NCBI GenBank assembly: GCA_951406725.2
Contig: OX597824.1
Span: 55,304,001-55,368,000, forward strand
DNA from: Octopus vulgaris
Taxonomy: Eukaryota
Direction of reading: 5' to 3'
Length of the DNA: 64,000 nt
In this document: piece after piece, positions 40,319 through 54,517 of the stretch
Layout: each line of letters opens with the position of its first letter
Numbering within the stretch: position 1 is the stretch's first letter
Notes under the pieces: model-generated
What the model was told of the DNA's origin: nothing
What the model saw: only the letters and a program-made list of their open reading frames with translations
Databases searched by the model: none
Translations under genes and position numbers: made by a program

Positions 40319-41259
40319 ACACGTACCAAAGTATACTGTTTTTCGGTCAGACAGGAAGGAAAGAACTCATGGTGGGGTTGCCCTGTACGTCCGTGAAGAT
40401 GTCACACCCATAGTACTGTTGACACACTCAAACTCAGTCTGTGACACACTGATAGTACACATGAAACAACCGAAAATAGTAATATGTGTCACATATCGGC
40501 CACCAGACACCCCTAGTCATGAAGGAGTGTTTGAAGATAGCCTCAGAAGAATAGAAGAAGTCCTGGACAAACTGGACCAGGGTAACACCATTCTACTGCT
40601 GGGAGATTTTAACCTTCCGAAAGTCAAATGGCCAGATGGCCATCTCCTCCCTGGAATGACATCACTTGAACAGAGACAGACAGAGTCCTTGTTGGCTCTC
40701 ACACGCAAGTTTTTCATGGAACAAGCAGTGCTTCGGCCAACAAGAGGTGAGAATGTCTTGGACCTCTGTTTCACAAGCAACCCGATGCTCATCCACAACA
40801 TAATGGTAACACCTACAATTCTCTCAGATCACAACTTAGTAGAGGTAATGATATATGGTATGAGAGAGTTAGTTGAGACGCAGCCATTAGAAAATACCAC
40901 AGGCCTATCCAGTCTAAACTTCCATAAGGCAAACTGGAAGAAGATCAACGAAGAGATCCGAAAACATGACTGGAGTGACTTCATCACCACACAAGAGACC
41001 AACACACATTTCCAACATTTCATGACAACAATACAGAACATATGCCATAAGTTTGTCCCGGAGAAAAAAGCCAGCGGGCATAGGAACGTTATTCCCAGAG
41101 ACAGGAAAATACTTATGAGGCGAAGAGCTAAGCTCTCGAAGCAACTGAATGCACGGCAGAGAAACAATAAGGGACTCCACCTGAAACTTTTTGAAACGGA
41201 AACTGCACTCAAACTTTCCTATGAGAAGGAGAGGGCAGAGAGAGAAGCCAGGGCCATAG
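40319..41259 (+). mobile_element. CR1-like LINE ORF2 fragment (APE endonuclease), runs into the gap
   Basis: Open frame: [49 protein letters not shown]. Confidence 0.9.
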
Positions 41260-41359
41260 NNNNNNNNNNNNNNNNNNNNNNNNNNNNNNNNNNNNNNNNN
41301 NNNNNNNNNNNNNNNNNNNNNNNNNNNNNNNNNNNNNNNNNNNNNNNNNNNNNNNNNNN
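41260..41359. other. Assembly gap (100 N)
   Basis: Run of N. Confidence 1.
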
Positions 41360-44300
41360 TTGATTGATTGATTGATTGATTGATTCTAGTTTCAGCTTAT
41401 GAGCTGTGGCCATGCTGGGGCACCGCCATTTGGTGTTGCTACTTGGTTTCACTTCATGAAGACTTTCTAGCAACTGCTATTTGGTGCATGAGAGAGTTCG
41501 ATGCAGCTGCCCTCATCTGCCCCTCCTGCCGTGAAGTTGGTTCATCTGGGACACCTGACAGGAAGAGATCCAGCTTCATTTTAAAGACATCTGTATCCAC
41601 CCCATGGAGGTCTCTCATGTTCTTCGGGAGGATATTGAAGAGCCGTGGGCCTCGGAAGCCCAGGCTATCACAGAATCTTGTCCTACATCTTGATGGCAAG
41701 TTTGGAGTCCTAGGCACCACGCAGTGGCGCCCAATTCTGGCATTTGCGTAACTCTCGATGCCAAAGTTCCGGACACTTCCCTCCAGGATCTTCCAGATGT
41801 ATATTATGGCATATCTTTCCCACCTACGCTCCAGGGAATATAATTTTAAATTCTTGAGTCTTTCCCAGTAGCTTACATTCTGCATAGAGGCTATCTTCTT
41901 CGTGTAGCTACGTTGGATCGCCTCGAGCTCTGTGATCAACTTGACACTGGATGGTGACCATAACTGAGAGCAGTAGTCAAAGTGGCTTAGGACAAGTGTC
42001 CTCCAGAGGACCATCATGGTTTCTTGTTCTCTTGTTCTAAAGGTTCTGAGGATCCATCCGGCCAGTCGTCTACATTTCATTGCCAATTTAGCAACATGTA
42101 CACGAAAGGTCGCGTCATCACTCATGTAAATACCTAGGTCACGCACTGATTGTGCCTCTGGGATTGCTATTTCTCCAGGTCCAGTGTATTCATTGGGTAT
42201 TGCATTTAGTTTTGCATGCTGATAGTATAGAGCTTGAAACTTTTCAGCATTGAACTGCATGCTATTCTTTTCAGCCCACTTGTATATTTTGTCTAGCTCA
42301 CATTGCAGGTGTTTAGTGTCCTGAGGGTTCTGTATTGCCTGTGAAACTTTTGTATCATCTGCATAACTTGTGATCGTGGCTCTCTGCGTGGCTGAGGGCA
42401 TGTCTAAGAGGGCCATTATGAACAGTAGTGGTCCCAGAACAGTGCCCTGCGGAACACCGCTCACTATTTGCGTGTTAATGGAAGTGGCCCCATTGGCCAC
42501 TACCACCTGACTTTATCTTTCAGAAAGTCATGAAGCCATTCTCCCAGTTTTCCAACTATGTTGAGATCACGCAGTTTGCGACATATCATTCCATGATCGA
42601 CTTTATCGAAGGCCTTTGCGAAGTCGAGATATATCACTTCCACATTTGAGTGGTTGAGCAGCCGTTTCAGCACCCAGTCATAGTGTTGTAGGAGCTGAGT
42701 TAAACAGCTTCTCCCTGGTCGGAAACCATGTTGGGTGTCGGGCAGCAAGTCATTCTCTTCAAGGAAGGTGGTCAGCTTCCTTCTGACTATTCGTTCCATG
42801 ACCTTGCTGATGTGTGAGGTCAGAGAGATAGGTCTATAGTTCTTGGCTTCCGCTCTGCTACCTCCTTTATGAATGGGGCATATTTTACCTTCCTTCAGTT
42901 TTCTTGGAAGTTTGCCAGCTGCAAGGAAGCTCTGAAAGAGGAACTGCAGTGGTCTTGCTAGGACTCTCTTACATGCTTTTAGGAGGATTGCCGGGGAATC
43001 CATCGGGGCCAGTAGCTGAGTCTGTTTTCATTTCATCTATAGCCTTTATTACATCGTCTTCCTTTATATCGATGTAATCTATCGTCGCCGCCTCTGATTT
43101 TATATCTGCAGTGGTATAAAAGTCAGTTGGATTGGTGATTTGGAGATGCCCAAGGGGTGGAGTGAAAACACTCTTGAATTTCTCATTCAGTATTTCACTT
43201 ACCCTCATTGGTTTTCCTGTAAGTGTGCCATCCTTTTCGAGGAGTAGCCCTATTCTACAGTGCACCGTAGCTGTTTCTTTGGCATATCTGTAGAAAGCTC
43301 TGGGGTTAGATTTTATGTTGTCTATAGCCCAGGCTTCTTTGTCTGCTCTTTCCTTTTCATGGGAGAGTTGCAGACAATTTTTCGATTTCCAACAGTTTTA
43401 TTTTTAGGCGGGACTTTTCACTGCTTTCAATCTGTTTGTTTAGGCGATTTGAGATTTTTGTGCGCCGTCTCATTAAAATTTTTCTCTCTCTGGGGATTTC
43501 GTTCTTGTGTACAGTGGCCTTTCTCTCTGGGACACATTTGCAGCATATGGCTTGCATTACAGACATGAATTGTTGAAGTATCATGTCGATGTCCGGCGAG
43601 GAGAGACATTCAGGCCAGTTTTGTTTGAGATCTCTTTCTCAATTTGTTTCCAGTTTGCCTTATTGAAGTTCAAGCTGGAAAGATTCTGAGGTTTCTTGTA
43701 GGCTGCATGTCCGTGCTCTCTTTTGGCCCGTACATTGTTAGCTCTACCATGTTGTGATCCGAGAGTAGTGTCGGTGTCACTTTCACATTATGGATGAGAT
43801 CCATATTATTTGTGAAGCAGAGATCCAGTGTGTTACCCGCTCTGGTTGGTTGGAGTATTACTTGCTCCATGTACAGGGTATTGGTGAGGTTCAGGAGGGA
43901 CCTCGCCTGTCCTCGTTCACATCTTGTCATTCCTGGGAGAGAAAGGCCCTCGGGCCATCTGACATTGGGTAGATTGAAGTCTCCCATGAGAAGTACACTT
44001 ATGTGTTGTTCTAATGTGGTTAGAACTTCTTCTATTTTTAAAGGAGCTGTCCTCAAACTTGCCCATATGACTTGGGGCATCTGGAGGGCGATATGTAGCA
44101 CACACAACTACATCAAGTTGCCTAATATGTACAATTAGTGTGTCACACACCGAGTTTGGGTATGACAACAGGACCTGGGGTGTGAGGTCCCCACGGATGT
44201 ACATAGCAACTCCTCCATGACTTCTTTCTTTCCTGTCAGTCCGTAGTACAACATACTGTGGTATGTGTAATTCCGCATCTGCTATGTCCGGTTTCAGATA

Positions 44301-44677
44301 CGTTTCTGTGAGTGCTATGCATAAGGCTTGATTGCATGCGACAAAGTCTCTCAGGAACGGGACTTTTGTCCTGTTACTGTGTGTTAGTAGTCCTCTGATG
44401 TTCAGTAGGAGCATCGATGTGAGTGTATGCTGTTGCCGGTGGTGTCCACCCTGGGTCCATCTGCTGTGGCGGTCTTGTGAACCGTGGGCAGTTCCATCTG
44501 CGAGCCTGAGCCTGATGGAGCCAGGTTAGCTGCTGTACAATCTTTTGTGCCATGCACAAAAAAAGATTCCTGCTCAGCAGCTGCCCTTTCAACAACACGT
44601 TGGTGGTTTGTGGTACGCACCACATCTGCGTACCTCCGTTTTGGGGCCGGTGATGCGTGGTCCATCCCATTTCCTTT
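41360..44677 (-). mobile_element. CR1-like LINE with near-complete ORF2 (APE + RT), frameshifted
   Basis: [38 protein letters not shown]; NYRPISLTSHISKVMERIV, YLDFAKAFDKVDH, SGVPQGTVLGPLLF, YADDTK; (AATC)n tail at 41360-41384. Confidence 0.92.
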
Positions 44678-46100
<1,423 letters not shown>

Positions 46101-46152
46101 TGTATAGTTTACCTCCCATAACCTCAATGTCTCACTATTATATGTGTATATA

Positions 46153-47777
46153 CAGTTGCGGCCAAAATGTTCAGAACGGCATTGTTTTCTGTAGAAAAGT
46201 AGGTATAAGTTTTTATCAAAGTTGTTTTATATTCTATAATTTTTCCAGACAATAAATACGATATTAGTTGTTATTGTCTGAGATTTTGGTGTAATTTGAG
46301 GAGATAATACAAAAGTCATGCATGATCTTGTGATTTACTGCAAAACCCATGGCGGCCAAAATGATCAGAACGGTTGAAAAAATAACAAAATAATCAAAAA
46401 TGACAGAGAATACTGGAATTATTTAATACTTAGTGTGAAGCCCTTTAGCCTTAATCACACTTTGACATCTTCAACTGTATGAGGAAATTAAATTTTCAAT
46501 TTCTTGCTGGGTGATCTTATTCCATTCTTCCTGAAGGGCATTCCATAATTGCTGAATTGTTTTCGGATTTTTGGCTTTCAAACGTTCTCCTAGAATATTC
46601 TACACATTTTAAATAGGATTGAGATCTGGGCTTTGAGCAGGCCAATCCATAACAATAACCTTTTCAGCCTTAAGGAAGTTCATGACCACTTTAGCCTTGT
46701 GACATGGGGCATTGTCCTGCATGAATATGGGTGGTCGCTTGGTTGAATTTCTCAGCACAGGCAAGACATGATCTTTTACAAGTTGCTTATAAACTCCTGC
46801 ATTTACCTTTTCATGTAATCGCACCAAAGGGCCCACATCTCCAGATATTATTCCCCAAACCATGACACTTCCTCCACCGAATTTAACATTTGTCTTAAGG
46901 CATTTAGGTGACAATTTTTCACCTCCTTTTTGACGAACGTACTTTTTCCTATCAGAGTCAAATAATATAAACTTAGATTCGTCACTGAAATGCACCGTTT
47001 GCCATTTTTCTTGAGACCACAACACATGTTCGGTTGCAAAGGTAAGACGACACTTTTTATTCTTGGAGCTGATCAGTGGCTTCACTGCAGGTACTCTTGC
47101 TTGTAGGTCATGTTCAACTAAACGACGACACACAGTTTTCGAGATAAAGTTTTCTTCAGTACAATGCTCATTTCCCGAAAAACAGCAGCAGCAGTTTTAA
47201 ATCTGTCCTTTTTAACCAACTTTACAATAGCACGATCTTCTCTCTTGGTCGTTTTTCTTGGCCTACCTGTAGACTGTCTTGCTTCACACGAACCACAATC
47301 ATCGTAGACCTTAAGAATACCGTGAACAACACTTTTTGACTTGTTAACAATCTTTGCAATAGACCCAATACTTAAATTATCCTTCTTTCGAAGTTTAATA
47401 ATCTGCTGATGAATTGGTTACAGAGTAAGTGGCATTATATTAACAAAGTACGCTGCAGATATTCTTACTAATGTTTAGTTAACAAACTGTCACGTCAACA
47501 AATTCAAAACATTAGAGTTCGCCGGTTAAATATACTAAAACACGAAGTAAAAGCAACCATTCTGATCATTTTGGCTGCCATGGGTTTTGCAGTAAATCAC
47601 TAAATCATCCATAACTTTTGTATTATCCTCTCAAATTACACCAAAATCTCAGACAATAACAATTAATATCGTATTTGTTGTCTGTGAAAATTATAGAATA
47701 TAAAACAACTTTAATAAAAATGTATACCTACTTTTCTGAAGAAAACAATGCCGTTCTGAACATTTTGGCCGCAACTG
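46153..47777 (-). mobile_element. Tc1-family DNA transposon, full length, long TIRs (IR/DR type)
   Basis: TA on both sides. TIRs of ~224 bp (46153-46376, 47554-47777) start cagttgcggccaaaatgttcagaacgg. Confidence 0.93.
46423..47435 (-). pseudogene. Tc1 DD34E-type transposase, inactivated
   Basis: GRPRKTT, FSDESKF, VKFGGGSVMVWG, FMQDNAPCHKAK, WPAQSPDLNPI*. The catalytic Glu codon is replaced by a stop; further stops and frameshifts. Confidence 0.9.
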
Positions 47778-47789
47778 TATATGTGCATA

Positions 47790-48653
<864 letters not shown>

Positions 48654-48654
48654 C

Positions 48655-49025
48655 TGATAGAATAAGTACTAGGCTTTAGAAAGAATAAATCCTGATTTTA
48701 AGTTTTTTTGACTGAAAGTGGTGCTCCAGCATGGATGCAATCACATGACTGAAAGGAGTAAAACAATAAAAAATCTATGCTATATTAATCCCGAGCAATG
48801 CTGGGCATCTCTGCTAGTGCATATATATATATATTTGCATGTGTGTCTGTGTTTGTTCCCTCCACCATCACTTCACAACTGATGTTGGTGTGTTCATGTC
48901 CCCAAAACTTAGTGGTTCGGCAAAAGAGACCAATAGAATAAGTCCTGGTGTAAATTTGTTCGACTAAACATTGTACTTTGGCATGGCCACAGTCAAATGA
49001 CTGAAACAAGTAAAAGAATAAAGAA
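48655..49025 (+). mobile_element. Two SINE 3' fragments
   Basis: gatagaataagtac..ggtgctccagcatgg..atgactgaaa and gtgttcatgtcccc..gcatggccacagtcaaatgactgaaacaagtaaaaga. Confidence 0.7.
48774..48817 (+). mobile_element. 44-bp minimal Helitron-like unit
   Basis: a|TCtatgctatattaatcccgagcaatgctgggcatctctgCTAG|t. Confidence 0.6.
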
Positions 49026-49391
49026 AGAATCTATTTCTCTCTTATTAGTAAGCTCTGTAAACTTCTGCCAAACCAGAAAATGTATTCTTATATTTTGCTT
49101 CCTTTCATTTTGTAAAATATAGTGACTGTATGTTTGTTAAAAGCAACCTTTTAAGAAATTGTTCTTTATTTATTTGTTTTCAGATTCCATGTAAGGAAAG
49201 ATCATATAAAGCAAATAGCTTTAAGTAACACCAAAGCTAAAAGAAAGAATCTATTTCTCTCTTATTAGTAAGCTCTGTAAACATGGTCTGAGCACTTTGA
49301 AATCTGTAAGCTTTTTGCTTCCTTTCTTTTTTTATAACTGTTTTTGTTAAGCAACCTTTTAAGAAATTGTTCTTTATTTATTTGTTTTCAG

Positions 49392-49484
49392 ATTCCATGT
49401 AAGGAAAGATCATATAAAGCAAATAACTTTAGTAACACCAAAGCTTTATATCATACCACAACATGGTTGAGCACTTTGAAATCT
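49392..49484 (+). CDS. Candidate internal coding exon of an unidentified host gene (IPCKERSYKANNFSNTKALYHTTTWLSTLKS)
   Basis: Strong acceptor ttctttatttatttgttttcag, donor gtaagc, 93 bp open in phase 0-0, non-repetitive sequence. Confidence 0.6.
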
Positions 49485-49769
49485 GTAAGCTTTTTGTTTC
49501 TTTTTTTATAACTGTTTTTCTTTATTTTGTAAATGTTGCTTCTTTAGACAACTTCAAGCAATTGCTTTGTGTCTCTCATGTTATATGCTTTTTTTCTCAA
49601 TATGGACGTCATGTAGGAATGTGGGAAATTCAGTGATTGACCCAGTTGTGCATGTGTGTGTGTGTATACATATATACACATATACATGCACACACACACA
49701 CACACACACACACATACGTACACAGCTTTACCATTCAATTTTGTAGAGATGAGTGAGTCTTCTTGAGAA

Positions 49770-50005
49770 CTGCATATTGTCAGTCATTTCAGTCTTTGTC
49801 ATCTTATCTGTGAGGCTCAGAATACTGAGATCAGCCTTCAGTACTTCATTCCATGTCTTGCTGGTTCTTCTTCTTTTATAAGCTCCATCCATATTTAGTG
49901 ATCAGCACTTCTTTATGCAGCTTTCTTCATTCATGCACATCACATATCCATACCGGCAGTCTTCTTTCTTGCATACTACATCTGATACCTCTTATGCCCA
50001 GTGTC
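49770..50005 (-). mobile_element. Old RTE 3' fragment
   Basis: ccatgtcttgctggttcttcttct (RPARTW-like) and catctgatacctcttatgccc, homologous to the other RTE copies. Confidence 0.65.
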
Positions 50006-50799
50006 TTACAGTATGTGAGATAGGCACTTATTTAACCAAATGAGAAACCACATTTGATTAATATTTGTAGCTAATTCATTTCATTTATGACTCTAATACC
50101 TTAAGGAAAAGTATGCAAAATTTTCTACATCCATCTCCTCTTGAATATAGTCATTTGGGCTTCAACTAATAAATATGAATTTCTTTATTAAGTTAAAAAG
50201 AAATACTCTAGAGAAAGAGGCAAGTTTATGAAAAATGATTTTTCTAAGCCAACTTACTCTAGTAAGGTTTTTAAAGAAGATATGAATATTCCAGAATCAC
50301 ATTTGCATCCCATATCAAATTGTGGTCGGTTAAAAGAAAGTCAGAAAGTTTAATTTTTTAATAACAATCACCATATAATTCCTTGTTATTATTCCTATTA
50401 TTAATTGAAGCACGAGAGCTTCAATTATGCTCAATATTGATTCCATGAATACTAAGTACAGCTGAGATTGAACCAATACATCAGCAGTTCCAAGTTCTGA
50501 GCCTTCATGGTTGGAGCAAGCCCTTATTCTTTGAAAGCAGAGAAACAATCCAAAACTAACATAAAACACGGTCATATTCTATTTTGATAGTTTTGTCATA
50601 GATAACTTGTAAAACTATCATGTATGGAAAATGGACCATAAGGAAATAAGGACAAGATTATTGTCAAATTGCTTGAGATGTTTCAAACTGAGATGTTGAG
50701 AAGACTGTCTTCCAGTCATTTTCTACATTTAATAACTTTTCATTGTAGCACTGCCATAACTCATTCTTTCATAATTACTATTTGCAAATGTGTCATTAT

Positions 50800-51950
50800 C
50801 CATCTGTACACACATCTCTCCCACAATGTCTGAATTTTCTCTGATAGAGTGCCTTGCAAACTGGAACACCTCATGCCTCTAGTAATCATGTTAAAGAACA
50901 CTGACAAAACCCTTGCTAAATAGACTTGTCATCCAACTTCTTTCTAGCTATCTGGTATAATTCTCTGCTGTCCCATTCTTCTAATCTTTCCAAGCCTGTC
51001 TCTTTGCATTTATGGCTTTGCTTACTTCACTGTTCCACTACCACATTACTCTCAGTCTAACTTGCATATTGCACCAGTCACAGATTTGGCCTGTAGCTCT
51101 AAATAAGTTGTCTTGCAGGAACTTCTAGTTGTCATGGATGTTATACAGCTTATCTTCTTTGAGTACTTCTCTAAATTTATTGCCATTCAGCAGATCTTTA
51201 AGCTTCTATATCTTTGTTTCAAGACTGATTTGTGTGTCTAAGTCCTTCTAGCTCTAAGTCTGAAGTCACTAACCACAAGCATATGTTAGGTTGTACACCC
51301 TTCATCAGAAAAGGACTTCACATTTACAATCAACTATCCATTTCATTTTCTGAAAAGGAATGAGTCAATCTAGCTTATGTGTTCACATGGTTAATAGGTG
51401 ATCAGGTGACTCACTGGTTTCCTGAAGTTAGTGTTGCTGATCATTAGGTTATTTGCACCACAGAACTCCAAGATCCTTGTTCCCTCTTCATTTTTAGAAC
51501 CAAAGCTACATCCTCTATGTACACTATGGAATCCATCAGAGTGCTGCCCAACATGTCTGATGTAGTCATCAGTCATGAAGACAAGATCAAAGACCTGTTC
51601 AGATTGAGAAGTATATGAATAGATAAATGTCACTGTCATATTTTCCAAGATTAATCTAAGCTAAACTATCCTATCACCCTCTCTGACTATCTTGATCACT
51701 TTATCTACCCTTTTCTCTGCCACAAATCTAACTACACACGTCACACCATTATTATCACCTACCCAGAAGAATTTATAGCTTTGTTCTTTGTCTGTGAGGA
51801 ATGTAGCTGAGGCTCCCTCCTCCTTATTTTTTGCATGCAGTACATGTCTACACACTTCTGCTCTGGTATTTCAAGCATCTTGATAGCATACCATTCATTG
51901 TGCCTATGTTGATTGTGGCTGCTCTAAAGATGTGAATTTAACAGGAAGAG
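50800..51950 (-). mobile_element. Old RTE LINE, APE endonuclease region
   Basis: HVGQHSDGFHSVHRGCSFGSKNEEGTRILEFCGANNLMISNTNFRKPVSHLITY and YKFFWVG. Confidence 0.8.
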
Positions 51951-52199
51951 CAAATGGGTAGTTGGGGGACAGTTTCCATTGTCTGAAAAGAAGGTTTGTG
52001 TGAACATTTACATGTGGTCAGAGGGGTTGAGCACATATTTGATTATTCAATATTACCACTCAATAAATTATCATGTCCTTTAGATACCAAGTAGCCTCTA
52101 CTGAAAAGGGGTACATAGCTAGAAACATCAATGAAAATTGGCAATGGTGTGTGTGTATATACATCACACAGACATAATATATATATTTACTTGTATATA

Positions 52200-52375
52200 T
52201 AAGTGCAGGCATAGCAGTGTGATTAGAAACTTTGCTTCTCAAACACATGGTTACAAGTTTAGTCCTACTATGTGACACCTTGAACAAGTGTCTTCTACAA
52301 TTGCCCCAGGCTGACCAAAGCCCCATGAGTGGATTCAGTTGACTGAAATTGAGAGAAAACATTGTGGTGCATGTG
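52200..52375 (+). mobile_element. SINE 5' (tRNA-like) part, decayed
   Basis: gtgcaggcatagcagtgtgattagaaactttgcttc..gtttagtccta..gacaccttgaacaagtgtcttctac. Confidence 0.65.
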
Positions 52376-52513
52376 TGTGTGTGTACATACGTACATACAT
52401 ACATACAGACAGACAGTTGTGCGTTCGAACACACACACACACACACACACATGTTGTGTAGGAATACATAAATCAGGCAAAAAAAATGCCCTCATATATG
52501 TGTCAATACAGTG

Positions 52514-52805
52514 GATATATTATGTGAAGTGTCCAATATTATACATTCACTGTGGCCGATCGCACCAATCGGTTTCATGCTAGAGATTCAACAGAGTGTT
52601 GGGTAACAATCTGATTATGTAACCCTACGCTCATCAGAGGTAGCCAATATGGAATCAAATTTTTGATTCCATATCAGCTACCTCTGATGAGCATAGGGTT
52701 ACACAATCAGACTGTTATCTAACACTCAATTGAATCCCTTGGACGAAACCAATAGGTAAGATCGGGTGTAATGGTCATGTAATACTGTACACTTCAGATA
52801 TTATA
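52514..52805. repeat. ~290-bp imperfect palindrome with a hammerhead-like core in each arm
   Basis: Centre ggaatcaaa-tt-tttgattcc (52651-52670). + strand: CTGATGA 52684-52690, GAAA 52745-52748, ccaatagg-TA. A mirrored motif lies on the - strand. Confidence 0.85.
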
Positions 52806-54362
52806 TCTCTTATTATAAAAGGCAGATTTTATCTGCCTCCCTTTGGGAGTTATACAAATCTACAATATAGGATTTCTTCAATTACAATTTACCTAGCAGT
52901 TTTAAGAGTACAATGCATCGCGTCATGCCAGGTCCAGTTTTTAAAAATTTAAACTCCAATTAAGCAAAATTTACAGAAAACTCACATTCTGGTGTGTGTG
53001 TCAAATGCTTTTCTTAGTCTGGTTTACACCACACGCAAACGCACACACACAGTGGGCAACGAATAAAATGAAAGTAAATAGCGACAGAGTGATTGATTTG
53101 AGGAAGACTAAACTGAAAGTGTTTAAACCACTACTCAAAAAATAAAAAAACACAGCAAACAGAAACAAATAAATACATAACCATTTAATCCTCACACAAC
53201 TTCTTCAATTAGAATTTACCTAAGATTTTTCAAAGTACTCCATTCGCTCATGCCATAATATATTTCTTTCAATTTCACCCCCAATTAAGACAAAATTCGA
53301 GAAAACTCAATATTTTAACATATCACTCCGAAAGCATTGATGTACATGTGTGCGTGCGTGAGTGTGTGTGTGTCATTCCTCACACACACGCATACACATA
53401 CATATACAACTACATACAACTACATACACATACAACTACATACAAACACGTGTGTGTTTGTTATTAGTAAAAAAGGCGCAAAAACACAACTCACTTATCA
53501 TTCCAACACATTTGCAAAGACACACGGAGGACAGAAAAGGTAAATTGGTTTTTATTTTACTCTGTATATATTTTATTATATAATATTATATATAGATATA
53601 TGTATATATAATTGCAGTATGAAACAGTGTTTATGTATAAACAGACGACACTTATATATAGTTACCAAGCCGCCCGAATTTACCTATTCATATTTAAATG
53701 AGAATATCAGAGCAAATCTCTTTAGTACATTCGTGAAAACATGTATTATACTTCGTAAACACTTCAACTACAGTTTTGTACAAAAATCGAAGTGTAATTT
53801 TAATTCCGTAAATTATGGGAGATTTTTTTCCGAAATTTGTTCCTATTGTGTTTTCAAAATTTTTAATTCTGACAAAAAATGGATACGAATTTCATTATAT
53901 CAAGCAGCGAGTCAGAATTCGAAGGATTTTCTACTGAAGACCTTCATAAATCTAACTCTATGACTGAAAAAAAAAAGCATCTTTATATAAGAGTGAAGTT
54001 GTGTGTCTGTCTCCTACGATTTAGATTCCTAACTACTCCCACATTTTGCGGTGCAGTTTAACCAAAAGCGGGTATCTTATAGTCGTGATTCATATCGAGC
54101 CCTTCTGGGTATTAGCGTGCGTCTACGATGAGTCTACGATTTAAAAAAAATTTACCATCATATTTTTCCATTTTAATGTATTTTTTTCGCTTTTATATAA
54201 GGGAAGTAACTCTCTAAAAATATCTACGATGTGTCAACGATTTAAAAAATATTTACCTTAATTTTTTTTCAATTTTTAATGCATTTTTTGGCTATAACTC
54301 TCTAAAAATGCTTATATAGTTATTTCCCTTACAACCCGAGCAACGCCGGGCGATACTGCTAG
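52806..54362 (+). mobile_element. Composite non-autonomous Helitron (52806-53979 plus 53980-54362)
   Basis: Same 5' end as 17013 (tctcttattataaaaggcagattttatctgcctccc). 3' cccgagcaacgccgggcgatactgCTAG|t. Confidence 0.85.
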
Positions 54363-54384
54363 TATATATATATATATACATATA

Positions 54385-54507
54385 TTAGGTTGAGGGAAAA
54401 GTTTGTGCGCCATGTTAAAATAATACTTTTTTATATATTTTTGCGGTGTGTGTCTTCATTCAGTTCATTATCTTAACATGGTGCACAAACTTTTTTTTCA
54501 ACTTGTG
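54385..54507. mobile_element. Mariner-type MITE
   Basis: Imperfect TIRs aggttgagggaaaagtttgtgcgccatgttaa / ttaacatggtgcacaaacttttttttcaactt, in a TA context. Confidence 0.65.
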
Positions 54508-54517
54508 TATATATATA

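Noticed and set aside
50403-50426. Hairpin aattgaagc-acgaga-gcttcaatt
   Set aside because: 9-bp stem is too short for a pre-miRNA and has no supporting context.
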